Of a stretch of 64,000 nt of DNA, positions 10,656 to 21,297 are shown piece after piece. The notes beneath the pieces are model-generated. The model did no database searches and was not told the DNA's origin. It worked only from the letters and a program-made list of their open reading frames with translations. Source of the DNA: an uncultured bacterium (GTDB lineage Bacteria; Verrucomicrobiota; Verrucomicrobiia; Limisphaerales; UBA8199); assembly GCA_963749495.1 (NCBI GenBank), contig CAVVMW010000010.1:128001-192000 (forward strand), read 5' to 3'. Numbering within the stretch: the stretch's first letter is position 1; every line of letters begins with the position of its first letter. The position numbers and the translations under genes are program-made.

Positions 10656-11696
10656 AGCGACTGCTCTACCTTGCGTTGATTGCCAGCGCGACACTGACCT
10701 TTTGGGCATGGCGGCTCGGGCGCCAGTCGTCCATCCCGGTGATGGGTGTGCCGGCCAAGGCGGATCCTGCGCCGGCTGCAACAGAGCGCACTCACCGGCG
10801 CGCGTTCCACTCCGCTCAATGCGGCCAACGGATCCGCTTCCGCCGCCACAGCATGGGCTTCGATCGATTCCGCCGACCCGGCACGGCTCATCGCCAATCT
10901 GCGCGCGGTAGGCTGCCCGGAACAGACCATCCGCGACCTGGTTACGTTCAGGGTTTGCCGGAACTACCACGATCGTCTGCTCGAAGCCGAGAGGCAGAGG
11001 ATACTTTCCGGAGACTACACCCGGGACCGGAGCGCCTCCGCCAACCTCCTGCGGGATCAAAGGTTCGGGTTGCGGAACGCCCGGGACCGGGAGTTGGAGG
11101 CGCTGTTTGGTGTGACCTCGGCAAAGCTGACGGAGAGCGTCTTCTTCGGCCTCGGCGGGTCCAGGGATCAGGATGATCCTCTGCCCCTGGCCAAGCGGGC
11201 GCAGGTGTGCGACATCGAGGAGCGTTACCGGCAGTTGATCGAAGAGGCGCAGCATGGGCTTTCCTTTAATGAGTCGGATGCCGCGGTTGACGCTGCCATT
11301 AAGGAGTTGAACCGGCAGAAAGAGGCGGAGTTGGCAAGCACGCTCTCGCCGCAGGAGTTGGACGCGTTGCGCCTGCACGAGTCGCCCGCGGCGCGATATG
11401 TCCTGAAATACCTGCCCGAGGCGCAGTCCGAGGCGGAGTTCCGGTTGATGGTCCAGGCGGTCGAGCAGGTCGGCATCGAAGCCCCGAAAATGCGCCCTGA
11501 GCGGCTGATCCGCACATTCTCGACGGGCTTGCTCCCACTGGACACCGGGGACGAGGATCGGCAGCAAGCAGAGAAGGAGGCCGAACTGAGGGCTCGGCTC
11601 AGGCAACTGCTGGGCGAGCAACGGATGGCGGAGTTGGAAGGCGAGATGCAGGCCCAGCCGGCGGAAAATCCGTTCAACATTCAGATCTTCAAGTGA
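10652..11696 (+). CDS. membrane-anchored protein sharing the IANLRAVGCPE.TIRD domain; frameshift near 10785
   Basis: ATGA overlap with the upstream stop. TM MKRLLYLALIASATLTFWAW in frame 10652; WASIDSADPARLIANLRAVGCPEQTIRD in frame 10746. Confidence 0.75.
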
Positions 11697-11955
11697 CCTG
11701 CCGTCTGGGCCAAATTGGCGCCCCCGGGTCGCCATCCTCGGTTCCAGTGAAGCCGATGGCTTTGGACTGCCTCTCCGCCAAGGCACCCGCCACGCGTGAA
11801 GCTGCCGCAGGCTCTTTTGGACTAACGGCATTGGTGCGATTCTCACCAGGAACCTGAGTAGCCCCCTTCCGCTCTTCTCCGGAATCCGATGGTTCTGTGG
11901 CTCCCCAAAATGCTGCCGCCAAGCCCACAGCGAAGAAAGGAAAGAGGTGTTTCAT
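11689..11955 (-). pseudogene. signal-peptide gene stub
   Basis: MKHLFPFFAVGLAAAFWGA; ends at the stop of the convergent gene. Confidence 0.35.
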
Positions 11956-12163
11956 ACAATAGGTCCCTCGCCAACTCATTCACCGACCATTCCTCCGCAT
12001 GTTGACCCGAAGCGTTCGAAAAGCAAGAACTCTTCGCGCGCGCGTTCCAGCTCCCGGTTCAGGTAATGCCCCTCCCTCCGCGTTTGACGGCCCAGGGCAC
12101 GATCAGCATGCCCGACCAGCAGTGGCGATCGAGAGGTAAATGCCGTCCCCGGACAACCGTAAA

Positions 12164-13759
12164 TCACGGCGAGCGGACGCGGTAGAAGCGGGTTGGGTAG
12201 TTCGTCCATTGGGGATCGCTGAAATAAAATGAGTCGCTGGTCAGGATATTCGTGGCCAGCGGATACCAGGTGGGGTTGGCCAGGTTGGTGGTGGCCTCCA
12301 CCACGACGCTCATGCCGCCGGCCCACTCGATGGAGAAGCCGAATTGGTTCGCCCACAGCCCGAAGGAAGCAACGCCAGTTTGCACGCGCGGTTCCCACAG
12401 CGCTGTCGCAGCATGGGCAAACGTTCGACCCCAGCCTGTGGTCCCTGGCAGGTAATAGACAGTCACACGGTTATCGGCTTCAAACACGGTGTAAATGGAG
12501 CTGGGAGCACTGGGGGCGTTACCCTTGAAATAGACAGCGGCCAAGTGGCCGCAAAAATCGAAGGTCCCCTGCCCAATGGCGGTCACACCGTTGCCTATCG
12601 TCACGTAAGTCAGGTTGGAACAGCCATAGAACGCCGCACCGCCGAGGTTGGTGACGCTGTTGGGGATCGTGATGCTCGTCAAGCTGGAGCAGCTATAGAA
12701 CGTCCCGATCCCGATGCTGGTGACACCGTAGGGGATCGTGACGTTTATCAGCCCGGTGTTGGAGGCGAACGCATCCGCTCCGATGCTCGTGACGCCGTTG
12801 GGGATGGTGTAACTTCCAACTTTGCCCAGCGGGTATTGAATGAGCATGGACTGCCCCTTGTCGAACAACACCCCATCCACGCTGCTATAGACAGGATTCA
12901 GTGCGTCCACCGTGATCTGCCTCAGGCTGACGCAGCCTTCGAAGGCACCCCCCCAGATGTTGGTAACGCTGCCCGGGATCGTGATGTTGGTCAGACTCGT
13001 GCCGACAAAGGCATCGCTCCCGATACTCGTGACGCCGTTAGAGATCGTGATGCCCGTCAGGCTGCTGCACCCAGAGAACGCCAAGGCCCCGACATTCGTA
13101 ACACTTTCGGGAATCGTGATGCTCGTCAGGTTCGTGCACCTGGAGAACGCCTCCCCCCCGATGTTGGTGACGCCGTTGTCCATCGTGACGAGGGTCAGGT
13201 TGGCGCAACCCGAGAACGCGTGGTCCCCGATGCTCGTGACACTGCCGGGAATCGTGATGCCCGGGAGGCTGGTGCAGTCCGAGAACGCGGAGTCCCCGAT
13301 ACTCGTGACACTGCCGGGAATCGTGATGCCCGGGAGGCTGGTGCAGCCCGAGAACGCGGAGTCCCCAATGCCGGTGACACCGTTGCCCATCGTCACCATA
13401 ACGAGGTCGTTGCAGCCGGAAAATGCGGACTCCCCGATATTGGTGACACTATTAGGGATCGCGATGACGGCCAACCTGGGGCAGGCCGTGAATGCCCCGT
13501 CTCCGATGCTGGTGACACTACTGGGAATTGTGACGAGAATCGGGCTGGATTTCAAGAATGCAGCGCGCCCGATGCCGGTGACCGGAAAGTTGTTGATGGC
13601 AGATGGGATGGCAACTACGGCGCTATTACCGAAGTAACGGGTGATAGTGATCGTGCCGTTATTGTTCGTATATGTGAAATCGCCAAACTGCTGGGCTGCT
13701 GCCGTCGGGGCGCTGCACAAGACGGCGATGTTGAACAGGGCAATTGGGATGGCTTTCAT
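12164..13759 (-). CDS. secreted BspA-type leucine-rich repeat (LRR_5) protein with C-terminal FYRV domain
   Basis: Signal peptide; many 23-aa repeats (I/L)TIP.SVT.IG..AF..C..L; ends FYFSDPQWTNYPTRFYRVRSP. Confidence 0.92.
   Translation of the reverse strand: MKAIPIALFNIAVLCSAPTAAAQQFGDFTYTNNNGTITITRYFGNSAVVAIPSAINNFPVTGIGRAAFLKSSPILVTIPSSVTSIGDGAFTACPRLAVIAIPNSVTNIGESAFSGCNDLVMVTMGNGVTGIGDSAFSGCTSLPGITIPGSVTSIGDSAFSDCTSLPGITIPGSVTSIGDHAFSGCANLTLVTMDNGVTNIGGEAFSRCTNLTSITIPESVTNVGALAFSGCSSLTGITISNGVTSIGSDAFVGTSLTNITIPGSVTNIWGGAFEGCVSLRQITVDALNPVYSSVDGVLFDKGQSMLIQYPLGKVGSYTIPNGVTSIGADAFASNTGLINVTIPYGVTSIGIGTFYSCSSLTSITIPNSVTNLGGAAFYGCSNLTYVTIGNGVTAIGQGTFDFCGHLAAVYFKGNAPSAPSSIYTVFEADNRVTVYYLPGTTGWGRTFAHAATALWEPRVQTGVASFGLWANQFGFSIEWAGGMSVVVEATTNLANPTWYPLATNILTSDSFYFSDPQWTNYPTRFYRVRSP
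13211..13366. repeat. near-perfect 69-bp tandem duplication of one LRR unit
   Basis: ctcgtgacactgccgggaatcgtgatgcccgggaggctggtgcag occurs twice, 69 bp apart (TSLPGITIPGSVTSIGD x2). Confidence 0.85.
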
Positions 13760-14528
13760 ATTGGCCTCGCTGGCTAGAGAAGCTTGATAACTGGTGGTTC
13801 ATATCCGAAAGGCTACCTTTAGCATATCTCATGCCGTACGGCCTGGATGCCTCCAAACAGCCCAATTTCAGGCCTTTCCTCTTTGCTGCCTGCCTCACCA
13901 TGCGTGCCTTTCACGCGTTATGCGTGGATTTCACGCATTCTCAGGTTCACGCCGAGGCTGGCGTGCTGAGGCCGCCGGTTGAGCGCCCTTGTCTTCATCC
14001 ACATCTTTGAGCCAAGTGCTGCGGGAGGAAGATGGCTCCCAGGGCAGGAGCCCGGGCCCCAGGGGCGCCCCGGAAGGGGCGCCACCCTTTAGCCCATGGC
14101 GCGAGCCATGGGATCGAGATCGAGCACGCGCACGAGCCCCGGCAGGGGCGAGAGAGACGCGCCCTCCGAGTTCCGCCGCCCCTGCCGGGGCTGACTGCAT
14201 TGCTGGCGGGTGCCTTCCCCTGGCTGGCGCTATGGGCTAAATTCCGGCGCGAGCCCGCGGCTGCCCAAAATGACACTTGGAGCATTCTGAAGGGCTGCGA
14301 TCTCGCTGCTTATACCGGTTTTCACTCGTGTGAGGAGAATCCGGCGCGGGCGAGACGCCGGCGCTGGCCGGCAAGATGCCTGCCCCACTGCGGACCGGGC
14401 TGAAAACTGGCATAGGGTTGCGCGGAACGCGTTATCCTGGCGCCTATCGGTTCCAGGCGCGGAGCCGGAGCTGCGGGATAGTGGTTTTTCTGTTTTCTCA
14501 GGCCGCTTCTGCTATTACTCTCTCAAGC

Positions 14529-14750
14529 ATGAACAACAAACATCCTCGTCCTCTCACTTGGTTGTTCCCCGCGTGTCTTGCGGTCGGCATCATCGCGGCC
14601 TTCAGCCTTCTGTCGCACTCGCGCCCGGGCAAGGGTCCTGCCCAGGAATCCTCCTTGCACTCGGGCGAGGGGGTCACTCCTCCCGCGGGCGCCAAGGCCG
14701 CCCACTCGATCTGGTCGGAGTGGTCAAAGGTGCTGAGGGCCAACGCGTGG
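14529..14750 (+). pseudogene. N-terminal stub of a membrane-anchored protein
   Basis: MNNKHPRPLTWLFPACLAVGIIAAFSLLS; runs into the stop of the convergent prepilin gene at 14751. Confidence 0.45.
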
Positions 14751-15563
14751 TCACTGCTGGACTGCCCAAAGATTGCGGGGAGCCCATGCCTCCGGGTGTG
14801 GTTGGTTGTCCCGGTTCCAGTTGTGTGCCGTTCGGGGCGGGTATAGGTAGTCGCATCGCTTCACCAGAAACACATGGCTATCCGCGAACAGGATGTTATA
14901 ACCTTGTCCGTGCGGCGGACCCATTTCCCCGTCCCAATGCCAGGGCGTCATCTTGATATTCCCCAGCGTCCCATTCAGTTCTTCCGGCGACAATGGCTGG
15001 TCGGGTCCTGCCCGGTACGGCCGAGCGTCCACCACCACATACATTTCGCTGGGCGCCAGCACCTGGGGCTCCGGTGCGGCCCACCGCGAGCGCATACCCA
15101 AGCCAAGATCAGCGATTTTTGCCGATTCCGGCATGCCGGCCCAGCCGCTACCGACAATGCCCCTGGCGTTATATGAGTAACTGGTCCAGAGTCTGTCTGG
15201 TCTCCAAAACCCCACGATTCCCTTGTTTGCAATGTAGGCCGGGCAGTGCCAGGAGCGGTTCGTGCAATCCAGTGGGTCATAGGGGAGTAGCTTCGTCATC
15301 CAGAACTGGCGGGTGTTCCGGTCCCACAGCGGAGGGTAGCGGCTGGAATCCGAGAGATACATGCCCAAGGCGTGGCCAATCTGGTGCAGGTGGTTTTTGC
15401 ACACGGTCGAGCGGGCGTGGGCCTTGGCCCTCGAAAGTGCCGGCAACAGCAGGGCAGCCAGGATGCCGAGAATGGTGATAACCACCAGGAGTTCGATCAG
15501 CGTGAAACCCTGGGCAGAACGTCCACCTGAAACGGACTTTCGACTGCGGCCTAGCGTGCTCAT
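14751..15563 (-). CDS. prepilin-type N-terminal cleavage/methylation protein, DUF1559/H-X9-DG family
   Basis: [65 protein letters not shown]. Confidence 0.92.
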   Translation of the reverse strand: MSTLGRSRKSVSGGRSAQGFTLIELLVVITILGILAALLLPALSRAKAHARSTVCKNHLHQIGHALGMYLSDSSRYPPLWDRNTRQFWMTKLLPYDPLDCTNRSWHCPAYIANKGIVGFWRPDRLWTSYSYNARGIVGSGWAGMPESAKIADLGLGMRSRWAAPEPQVLAPSEMYVVVDARPYRAGPDQPLSPEELNGTLGNIKMTPWHWDGEMGPPHGQGYNILFADSHVFLVKRCDYLYPPRTAHNWNRDNQPHPEAWAPRNLWAVQQ

Positions 15564-15594
15564 CAGCGATTTAGACAGGGCCGCAAGCGAAACG

Positions 15595-16633
15595 TCACGG
15601 CCCAGATCCTTGGGTGGGCGGTGGCGGCCCGGCCGCATGCTGCGACTCCCAGGTTTGGAAATCGCCATCCTCGGAACGATGGACTTCCGAGTGCCCGTCG
15701 GCAAAGCCGTAGGTCCTGATCCAGCCGCTCTTTAGAGAAGCCCGTGGCTCCTTCTCCCGGAGAACGATGGTGTTCGCCGGGTTGGTGAGGTTGTCCAGGG
15801 GTCCCCGATACATGATTTCGAACTGGTTGGTCAGATAGGCGAGCGCATCACTGTCGAGCTGGATATCGGGGTTCGAGCTGCTGGTTCCTCGGAGATGCCC
15901 GGCCGCCGCGGCGAATTCCGCAGGGAACTGTCCCTGGTGATTGGCGGCATATCAATGGAAGGCGTTCATCCACGCGTGGGCGGCCATCAGTTTTTCCTGG
16001 GCCAGTTGGGCCACCCGCTGCTCCTCCGGATCGATTTCCCGCTGCCCCTGGAGTGCGGATGCTCGCGCACGCCCTGTCTTCGAGGCATCGGCCAATTGCC
16101 TCCTCAGCTTGCCGACCTCGCCGCGGAGTCTCAGCAACTCGCTCGATTGCTCCTTCGGCATCGTGGTCGTTGCATCCCAGGGCGCGGCCGACCGAGCGGA
16201 GGTCCCGCCGCTCGTAGAATCGAAGCAGGATTGCCGTCCAATCCTCCGCCCGGAGCCGGTCAATCGCTTCATCCAGGAGAGGGGCAACCCGCGCGAGGTT
16301 GGCCTCCGAGTGGTCTTCCAGGGCATTCATTTCAGCGGCCTGCCTTTCCCGGGCCTGGCGGCGGAGCCTGGTGCGGATGGCCTTCCGGGCCAGGAAGCAA
16401 GTGTGCCGGTGCAGCCACCCGCCAAGTGCCACCCCGCCTGGGAGCCTCGGCGCCATCCGGGCGAGGTCAATGAAGACAGTCTGGGCCACGTCCTTTGCCA
16501 GGTGAACGTCTCCATCGGCCAGGCGGACAGCGACCGAATAGACCAAGTCGGTGTAGCCAGCGACCAACTGGCCGAAGGCTGGCTCCGAGCCCGTCTTCAC
16601 GTATTCCGCGAGCAGTTGTTGGCTGTCAGTCAT
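15595..16633 (-). pseudogene. ECF sigma with extension, internally deleted (sigma4 end, linker and TM lost) and carrying a premature stop at 15952
   Basis: Sigma sequence to RSVGRALGCND, joined out of frame (~16168) to [41 protein letters not shown]. Confidence 0.85.
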
Positions 16634-16647
16634 GCTCGGTCATTAGT

Positions 16648-16676
16648 AAAGACCCGCAGGCCGGAGGAATCCGACA
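16648..16676 (-). promoter_or_regulatory. putative ECF promoter motif, copy 2
   Basis: Minus strand TGTCGGATTC-ctccggcctg-CGGGTCTTT. Confidence 0.6.
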
Positions 16677-17086
16677 AAAAAATGCTCGGCACTGGCCTCA
16701 ATCTTTTTTCCGTAACCCTCGAGCAGGCTCTGGACCCAGCCGGGAGAAGGGCGCGGGAACGCCGCGCACTCCACGCGCTTCGCTAAGTAGGGGCACGCGT
16801 TCGGCGCCGCAAAGCCTCCGAAGTGCGGCGTATGCCGCCGCTTTGCTTCCAATGGCTCATGGGCTCCGGTCCCTGTCGGCCTTGAGGGCTGGCGATGTTG
16901 GGCTTTATTGGGTGGCCTTGGGCAAAGCCAATTCTCCATGTCACTTCCCGGTTCGCTGGGCGGCTGCGTTGGCAGAAGTCCAAAGCAGCTAGGTGTCTGA
17001 GGTCATGCAGTCTGCGGAAGGCGACCCGATGGTCGGTCTGGTCCATGAACTGTCCAATGGCGAACGTCAGCACACCTGGCTGGGGT

Positions 17087-17941
17087 TCAGTAAAGCAGTT
17101 CAGGATGGGGCTGATGATCCTTGTTCCAGCGTGCTAAAGCCGCGGAAGCCATTAAGCTGAAAAGGGAACCCGCCCTGGGCGAGTCAATATGGCCGTCGCA
17201 AAACACGACGTTCACGCACCCATTGTGACGAGCCATGACGCGTTGTGAATCGTTGGACCGGGTTGGCGAGCCCGCTCGTGCCGCCAACCCAATGTCGTCG
17301 CTGCCATCAGAATAGTTCGAACCCCACCCGATGACACCGTCCCCTGCTTCGATCATGTCGCCGGGCGAAACCACATCGTTCTCGGGTGTCGGCCGGTAAT
17401 CGAGTCGCCTGCGGGGAATGGCGTTGACCCGTCCAAGACCAAGATTCGCGTTGTCGTGCATGCCAACGCCATGCTGATTGTAGCCGTACTCCAGCCATAT
17501 CCATCCTTTCCTGTAGAAGTCCCTATCCCACTCCGGCGGTCGTTGGGCTGACGGGCAGTGCCAGACTCCGTTCGTGGGAGCCATGAGTATGCCGTCCGTC
17601 CGCAGTTGAAGGGGAGGCAAATGGAAGCAGTTCAGGTTAAGCGCATCACACCAAACACGCCCGTGTTCCTGGTAAAGTCCCTGAGAGAAGCCTCTTAGGT
17701 TCGCGCCAAGGGGATACACGTGGAAGTCACCCACGAACTCAGCCATGCCCAAGCCAATCTGGCGGAGGTTCCCCTCGCAACTGACTTTGCGCGCAGTCCC
17801 TTTAGATCTGGAAAGCGCGGGAAGCAGCACAGCCGCGAGTATCGCGATGATCGCCATGACAACCAGGAGTTCCGTCAGCGTAAAACCACCGCGGGCGACC
17901 CGATTTGGCCCGGATCTTGGTTCGCGCCATATCGTGCTCAT
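17087..17941 (-). CDS. prepilin-type N-terminal cleavage/methylation protein, DUF1559/H-X9-DG family
   Basis: [63 protein letters not shown]. Confidence 0.93.
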   Translation of the reverse strand: MSTIWREPRSGPNRVARGGFTLTELLVVMAIIAILAAVLLPALSRSKGTARKVSCEGNLRQIGLGMAEFVGDFHVYPLGANLRGFSQGLYQEHGRVWCDALNLNCFHLPPLQLRTDGILMAPTNGVWHCPSAQRPPEWDRDFYRKGWIWLEYGYNQHGVGMHDNANLGLGRVNAIPRRRLDYRPTPENDVVSPGDMIEAGDGVIGWGSNYSDGSDDIGLAARAGSPTRSNDSQRVMARHNGCVNVVFCDGHIDSPRAGSLFSLMASAALARWNKDHQPHPELLY

Positions 17942-18204
17942 GATCTCTTCTGACAGTTCTTCCTGAAAAGAGTCACGATCCGATCCATGATATGCTTGTC
18001 GGAGTCTCCCGATCACTCCAGGACTCGCACCGCGAGGGCGCGACCAGGTCCAGGGTCAGCGCTCTCCACGACCCAGCCGTGGCCGGCCGCCTCCGCCGCG
18101 TCAGCGGTCGGGCCCCAGCCGAGCACAACCCGATTCCGGCAGAAGCCGCGGCCTGGGCGGACCCGTTTCACGCAGGAGAGGGGGAGCGGCCGGTGGTTTA
18201 ACTG

Positions 18205-18510
18205 GTCGAGTGGAGCGGAGGCGCGACCGGTTTAGACCAATGGCTTCCTGTGTTTCTGCCCTTTCGAGCATCGTGGCAAATGGCCATGAGGTCCTGCCCA
18301 CGTTTCCCCCACCCCCTCATACCATCCCGTACGGCGGGTTGTCCCCACTACGGTTGGAAGCCAGCCTTGTCGCGCCGCGCGCTTCCGCACCCGGCCGCGG
18401 CGGCGTATGACCCGTATGTCCAAAGGCAGGGGCCTGATCATGGCGTCCGCTTCGAATCCCGGAGTATTGCCTCCACGTCCTTGACTCCTGCGTTGGGTAG
18501 CGTTTCCGGG
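18205..18510 (-). mobile_element. group II intron 3' remnant (domain V/VI-like), no RT ORF
   Basis: Minus strand ccAACCGTAGTGGGGACAACCCGCCGTACGGGATGG (DV-like hairpin), then a G-rich DVI stem closing at ..CTCCACTCGAC. Recognised by pattern only; the 5' limit is approximate. Confidence 0.65.
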
Positions 18511-18848
18511 ATCTTCTCTGCCTTCAAGTCCTGGAGTCTTGCCTCCACGTCCTCGACGGGGAAGCCCTCCGAGACCACCCAATGGGCCTTGTTGGCGAGG
18601 AGGAGCCATGGCAGCGAGGCTGCGCCCAGTACCCCGTGAGCCCGGTCTGGATCTCCTTTCAACAGGATGAGGGACCCCGGCTTGATCCCAGCCTTGGCTG
18701 CAGGTCCCGCAGGCAGGACCGAGCGGACCCTCACCCCTCCCCCTCCCCGATCAGCCTGAACCACCATCCCCACTCCCACGATTTCCCCGCCCTGCGCTGC
18801 CGTTGCAAGCGCCAGGGCGCCTATGATGAATGTCGTCTTTACTTTCAT
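18438..18848 (-). pseudogene. signal peptide plus partial PDZ domain fused to a redoxin-like C-terminal tail (internal deletion)
   Basis: IVGVGMVV..VRVRSVLPAGPAAKAGIKPG (PDZ), then abruptly GAASLPWLLLANKAHWVVSEGF. Confidence 0.55.
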
Positions 18849-19033
18849 TTTCGTTTTTGCCCGGCGGCCGCGGTTCTGCATCTCGCCGGCCTGGCGCAGG
18901 AAAAGAACAGAAGGAAACGAAGGAAACGAAGCATGAAGACCTCGACGCCATCATAGTCACGAGACGTGGCTGGTTTTGTGCGCCTATGCATGAATGTGGT
19001 TGAATATCGCGGTTCTCTTGTCAGAAGATTCCG

Positions 19034-19062
19034 TGTTCGGTTTTGGGTTCGTGCGGGTCTTT
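19034..19062 (+). promoter_or_regulatory. putative ECF promoter motif, copy 3
   Basis: TGTTCGGTTTT-gggttcgtg-CGGGTCTTT. Confidence 0.55.
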
Positions 19063-19071
19063 AGCGGTAAG

Positions 19072-20757
19072 ATGATGATGGCAGACGCCCAAACACTGTT
19101 GGCCGATTACTTGAGCGGCTCGGAAAGCGCCTTCCGGGAGTTGGTGACGCGCTACGTGGACCTGGTCTTTTCGACGGCGTTCCGGCTCGTGGATGGGGAC
19201 CGGCCGCTGGCTGAGGATGTGACCCAGACGGTCTTCCTGGACCTGGCACGCGCGGCCAGGAGTCTTCCGCGGAACACCATGTTGGGAGGATGGCTGCATC
19301 GGCACACCTGCTTTGCGTCCGCCAAGGCGCGTCGGGGCGAGCGTCGTCGTCTGGAACGTGAAAGGCAAGCCGTGGAAATGAGCACGCTCGAATCCGATTC
19401 CGGGAACCACTTTGCCGAATTGGCCCCCATGCTGGACGAGGCGATCAACCAACTCGGTGTGGAGGACCGGACCGCCATCCTGCTCCGTTTTTTCGAGCGG
19501 CGCGATTTTCGCGCCGTCGGCCAGGCCGTCGGCACCAGCGAGGATGGGGCGCGTATGCGGGTGAACCGCGCCTTGGCCAAGCTGCACGAACTGCTGGGCC
19601 AAAAGGGCGTGACGCTGACCGTGGGGGCGCTGGGCGCCGGCCTGGCGACCCAAGCGGTCACAGCGGCGCCCTCGGGCTTGGCGGCGAGCGTTGCCGCAAC
19701 CTCCCTTGCGGGCGCGGGCGGCGGGATGACCCTGACTCTCCTCCAGCTTATGACCGCAACCAAATTCAAGATCGCGCTCGGTGTCGCCGCACTGGCGGGG
19801 CTCGCCGCTCCACTGGTCCTCCAACATGAACAGATAAACAGACTGCGCGCCGAGAACTCGATTTGGAGGCAACAGGTGGCGAAGGTCGGCGCAAGACCCG
19901 GGCAAGCAACCGAGGCTGATGCCCTGCCGACCGGGGCCTTGAACGAAGCCGCAAGCTCCAACGGGTCATCCTCCGAACTGCTCGGCCTGCGCGGGGAAGT
20001 TGGGATGCTGCGGCGCCAGTTGGATGAGCAACGCCGAGGAGTCGCAGACCTTGATCGCCAACTCGCGATGTCCAGAACCAATGCCGAGGTGAAGTCCGCT
20101 GGCAATGAAATCATCGCTTCGCTAAAGGAGGTGGGATGGGCCTGCACGGTTTACACCTTCGACCACAACGACGTGTGCCCAACCAATTTCGATCAGATCC
20201 GCTCCATATTACGGCCAGAGCTTAGGCCCGGACTACACCTGGAGCGATTCGAATTCGTTGATCATGGCGGCCGTCCGGCAGACGCTGCCAATCCGGGTGC
20301 CATGCTCGCGCGCGAACGCGCCCCCCGGCAACTCCCGGACGGAAGGTGGGCCAGGGTTTATCTCTGCGTGGACGGTGGCGCCTACCAGCGAATCACGGAA
20401 GATGGCGACTTTGACCAGTTCGAAAAAACGTGGAAAGAAACTTGCGACAGCCAGGTGGAGGCTGCAAAAGAGGCGGCGAAACAAGCCGCCATGAGGCAGG
20501 CCTTTGGGACCAATGCGCCCGACAGCGAGGCCGTGAAAACCGCAAGAGAGGCGGGGAAGCGGGCATTCTACACCCGGCTGCTTGGCACTAATCCGCCCGG
20601 CTCTCTCATTACGGAATCCGCAACGGACAGCTTGGCGCTCCATACGCGGCTACTCGGCACCAATGAGCCAGAGGGCGACGAAGTCAGGGCCGCAAGGCAA
20701 GCAGGACGACAAGCCTGCCTCCAGCAGCTTTTCGGGACCAATGCCCCGGATCAATGA
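19072..20757 (+). CDS. ECF sigma-70 factor with TM, coiled coil, pilin/DUF1559-like domain and GTN.P repeat tail
   Basis: DVTQTVFLDLAR..WLHRH..LRFFERRDFRAVG; MTATKFK+TM; ELLGLRGEVGMLRRQL; LKEVGWACTVYTFDHNDVCPTNF; YLCVDG. Confidence 0.9.
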   Translation: MMMADAQTLLADYLSGSESAFRELVTRYVDLVFSTAFRLVDGDRPLAEDVTQTVFLDLARAARSLPRNTMLGGWLHRHTCFASAKARRGERRRLERERQAVEMSTLESDSGNHFAELAPMLDEAINQLGVEDRTAILLRFFERRDFRAVGQAVGTSEDGARMRVNRALAKLHELLGQKGVTLTVGALGAGLATQAVTAAPSGLAASVAATSLAGAGGGMTLTLLQLMTATKFKIALGVAALAGLAAPLVLQHEQINRLRAENSIWRQQVAKVGARPGQATEADALPTGALNEAASSNGSSSELLGLRGEVGMLRRQLDEQRRGVADLDRQLAMSRTNAEVKSAGNEIIASLKEVGWACTVYTFDHNDVCPTNFDQIRSILRPELRPGLHLERFEFVDHGGRPADAANPGAMLARERAPRQLPDGRWARVYLCVDGGAYQRITEDGDFDQFEKTWKETCDSQVEAAKEAAKQAAMRQAFGTNAPDSEAVKTAREAGKRAFYTRLLGTNPPGSLITESATDSLALHTRLLGTNEPEGDEVRAARQAGRQACLQQLFGTNAPDQ

Positions 20758-21297
20758 TTGGAGACTCCTTCACGACTAATCGAAACAACCAACATTGGCA
20801 CACTCATGCCGATTTTGGACCTTTGTCCGGTTAGACATCAGGGTTGCGCTGCCCTGTGCTCTTTGTGTCTCTGCGGTTTCATTGCCCGTCCGAACAAGCC
20901 TGGTGTCCCCCCCGATCCGTCGGTGTCCCCTTTTCTGATTGGCGGCGGTTCTTTATTGAAAGATAATGCGCGCAATGAGCGATTGCCCAACGCGGCCGGG
21001 CCTCGAAAGGACTTACTCGGCGCGATACGGATTGCCGCTGTGAATGAGCGTGCGGCCAGCCCGGAGATCAAATCGGGCAGGACATATGCGTGATCGATGA
21101 AGAGACGCCGGGTCATCGGCTGTTGCGTGGGTTTCGTGCATGTGTGCTTCGGAACCCCCTATGAGGCGATTTACGCGCTGAGCGTAGGGGTTGTCCTCGC
21201 AACCAACAGCCCATGGCCCTTGGAAGCGGGTGATCCGAAGCTGACGCGCCGGGTAGCCATCTTGACAGGCACCTTGCCCGCGACTAATAAGCGGGCA

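Noticed and set aside
12344..13777. repetitive + strand ORFs
   Set aside because: Antisense of the LRR repeats.
18451..18557. DGR template/variable repeat pair
   Set aside because: Only 35 bp, mismatches are not adenine-specific, and there is no reverse transcriptase in the window.
20824..20850. seventh copy of the ECF promoter (TGTCCGGTT)
   Set aside because: No CGGST box at 19-20 nt and no adjacent gene start.
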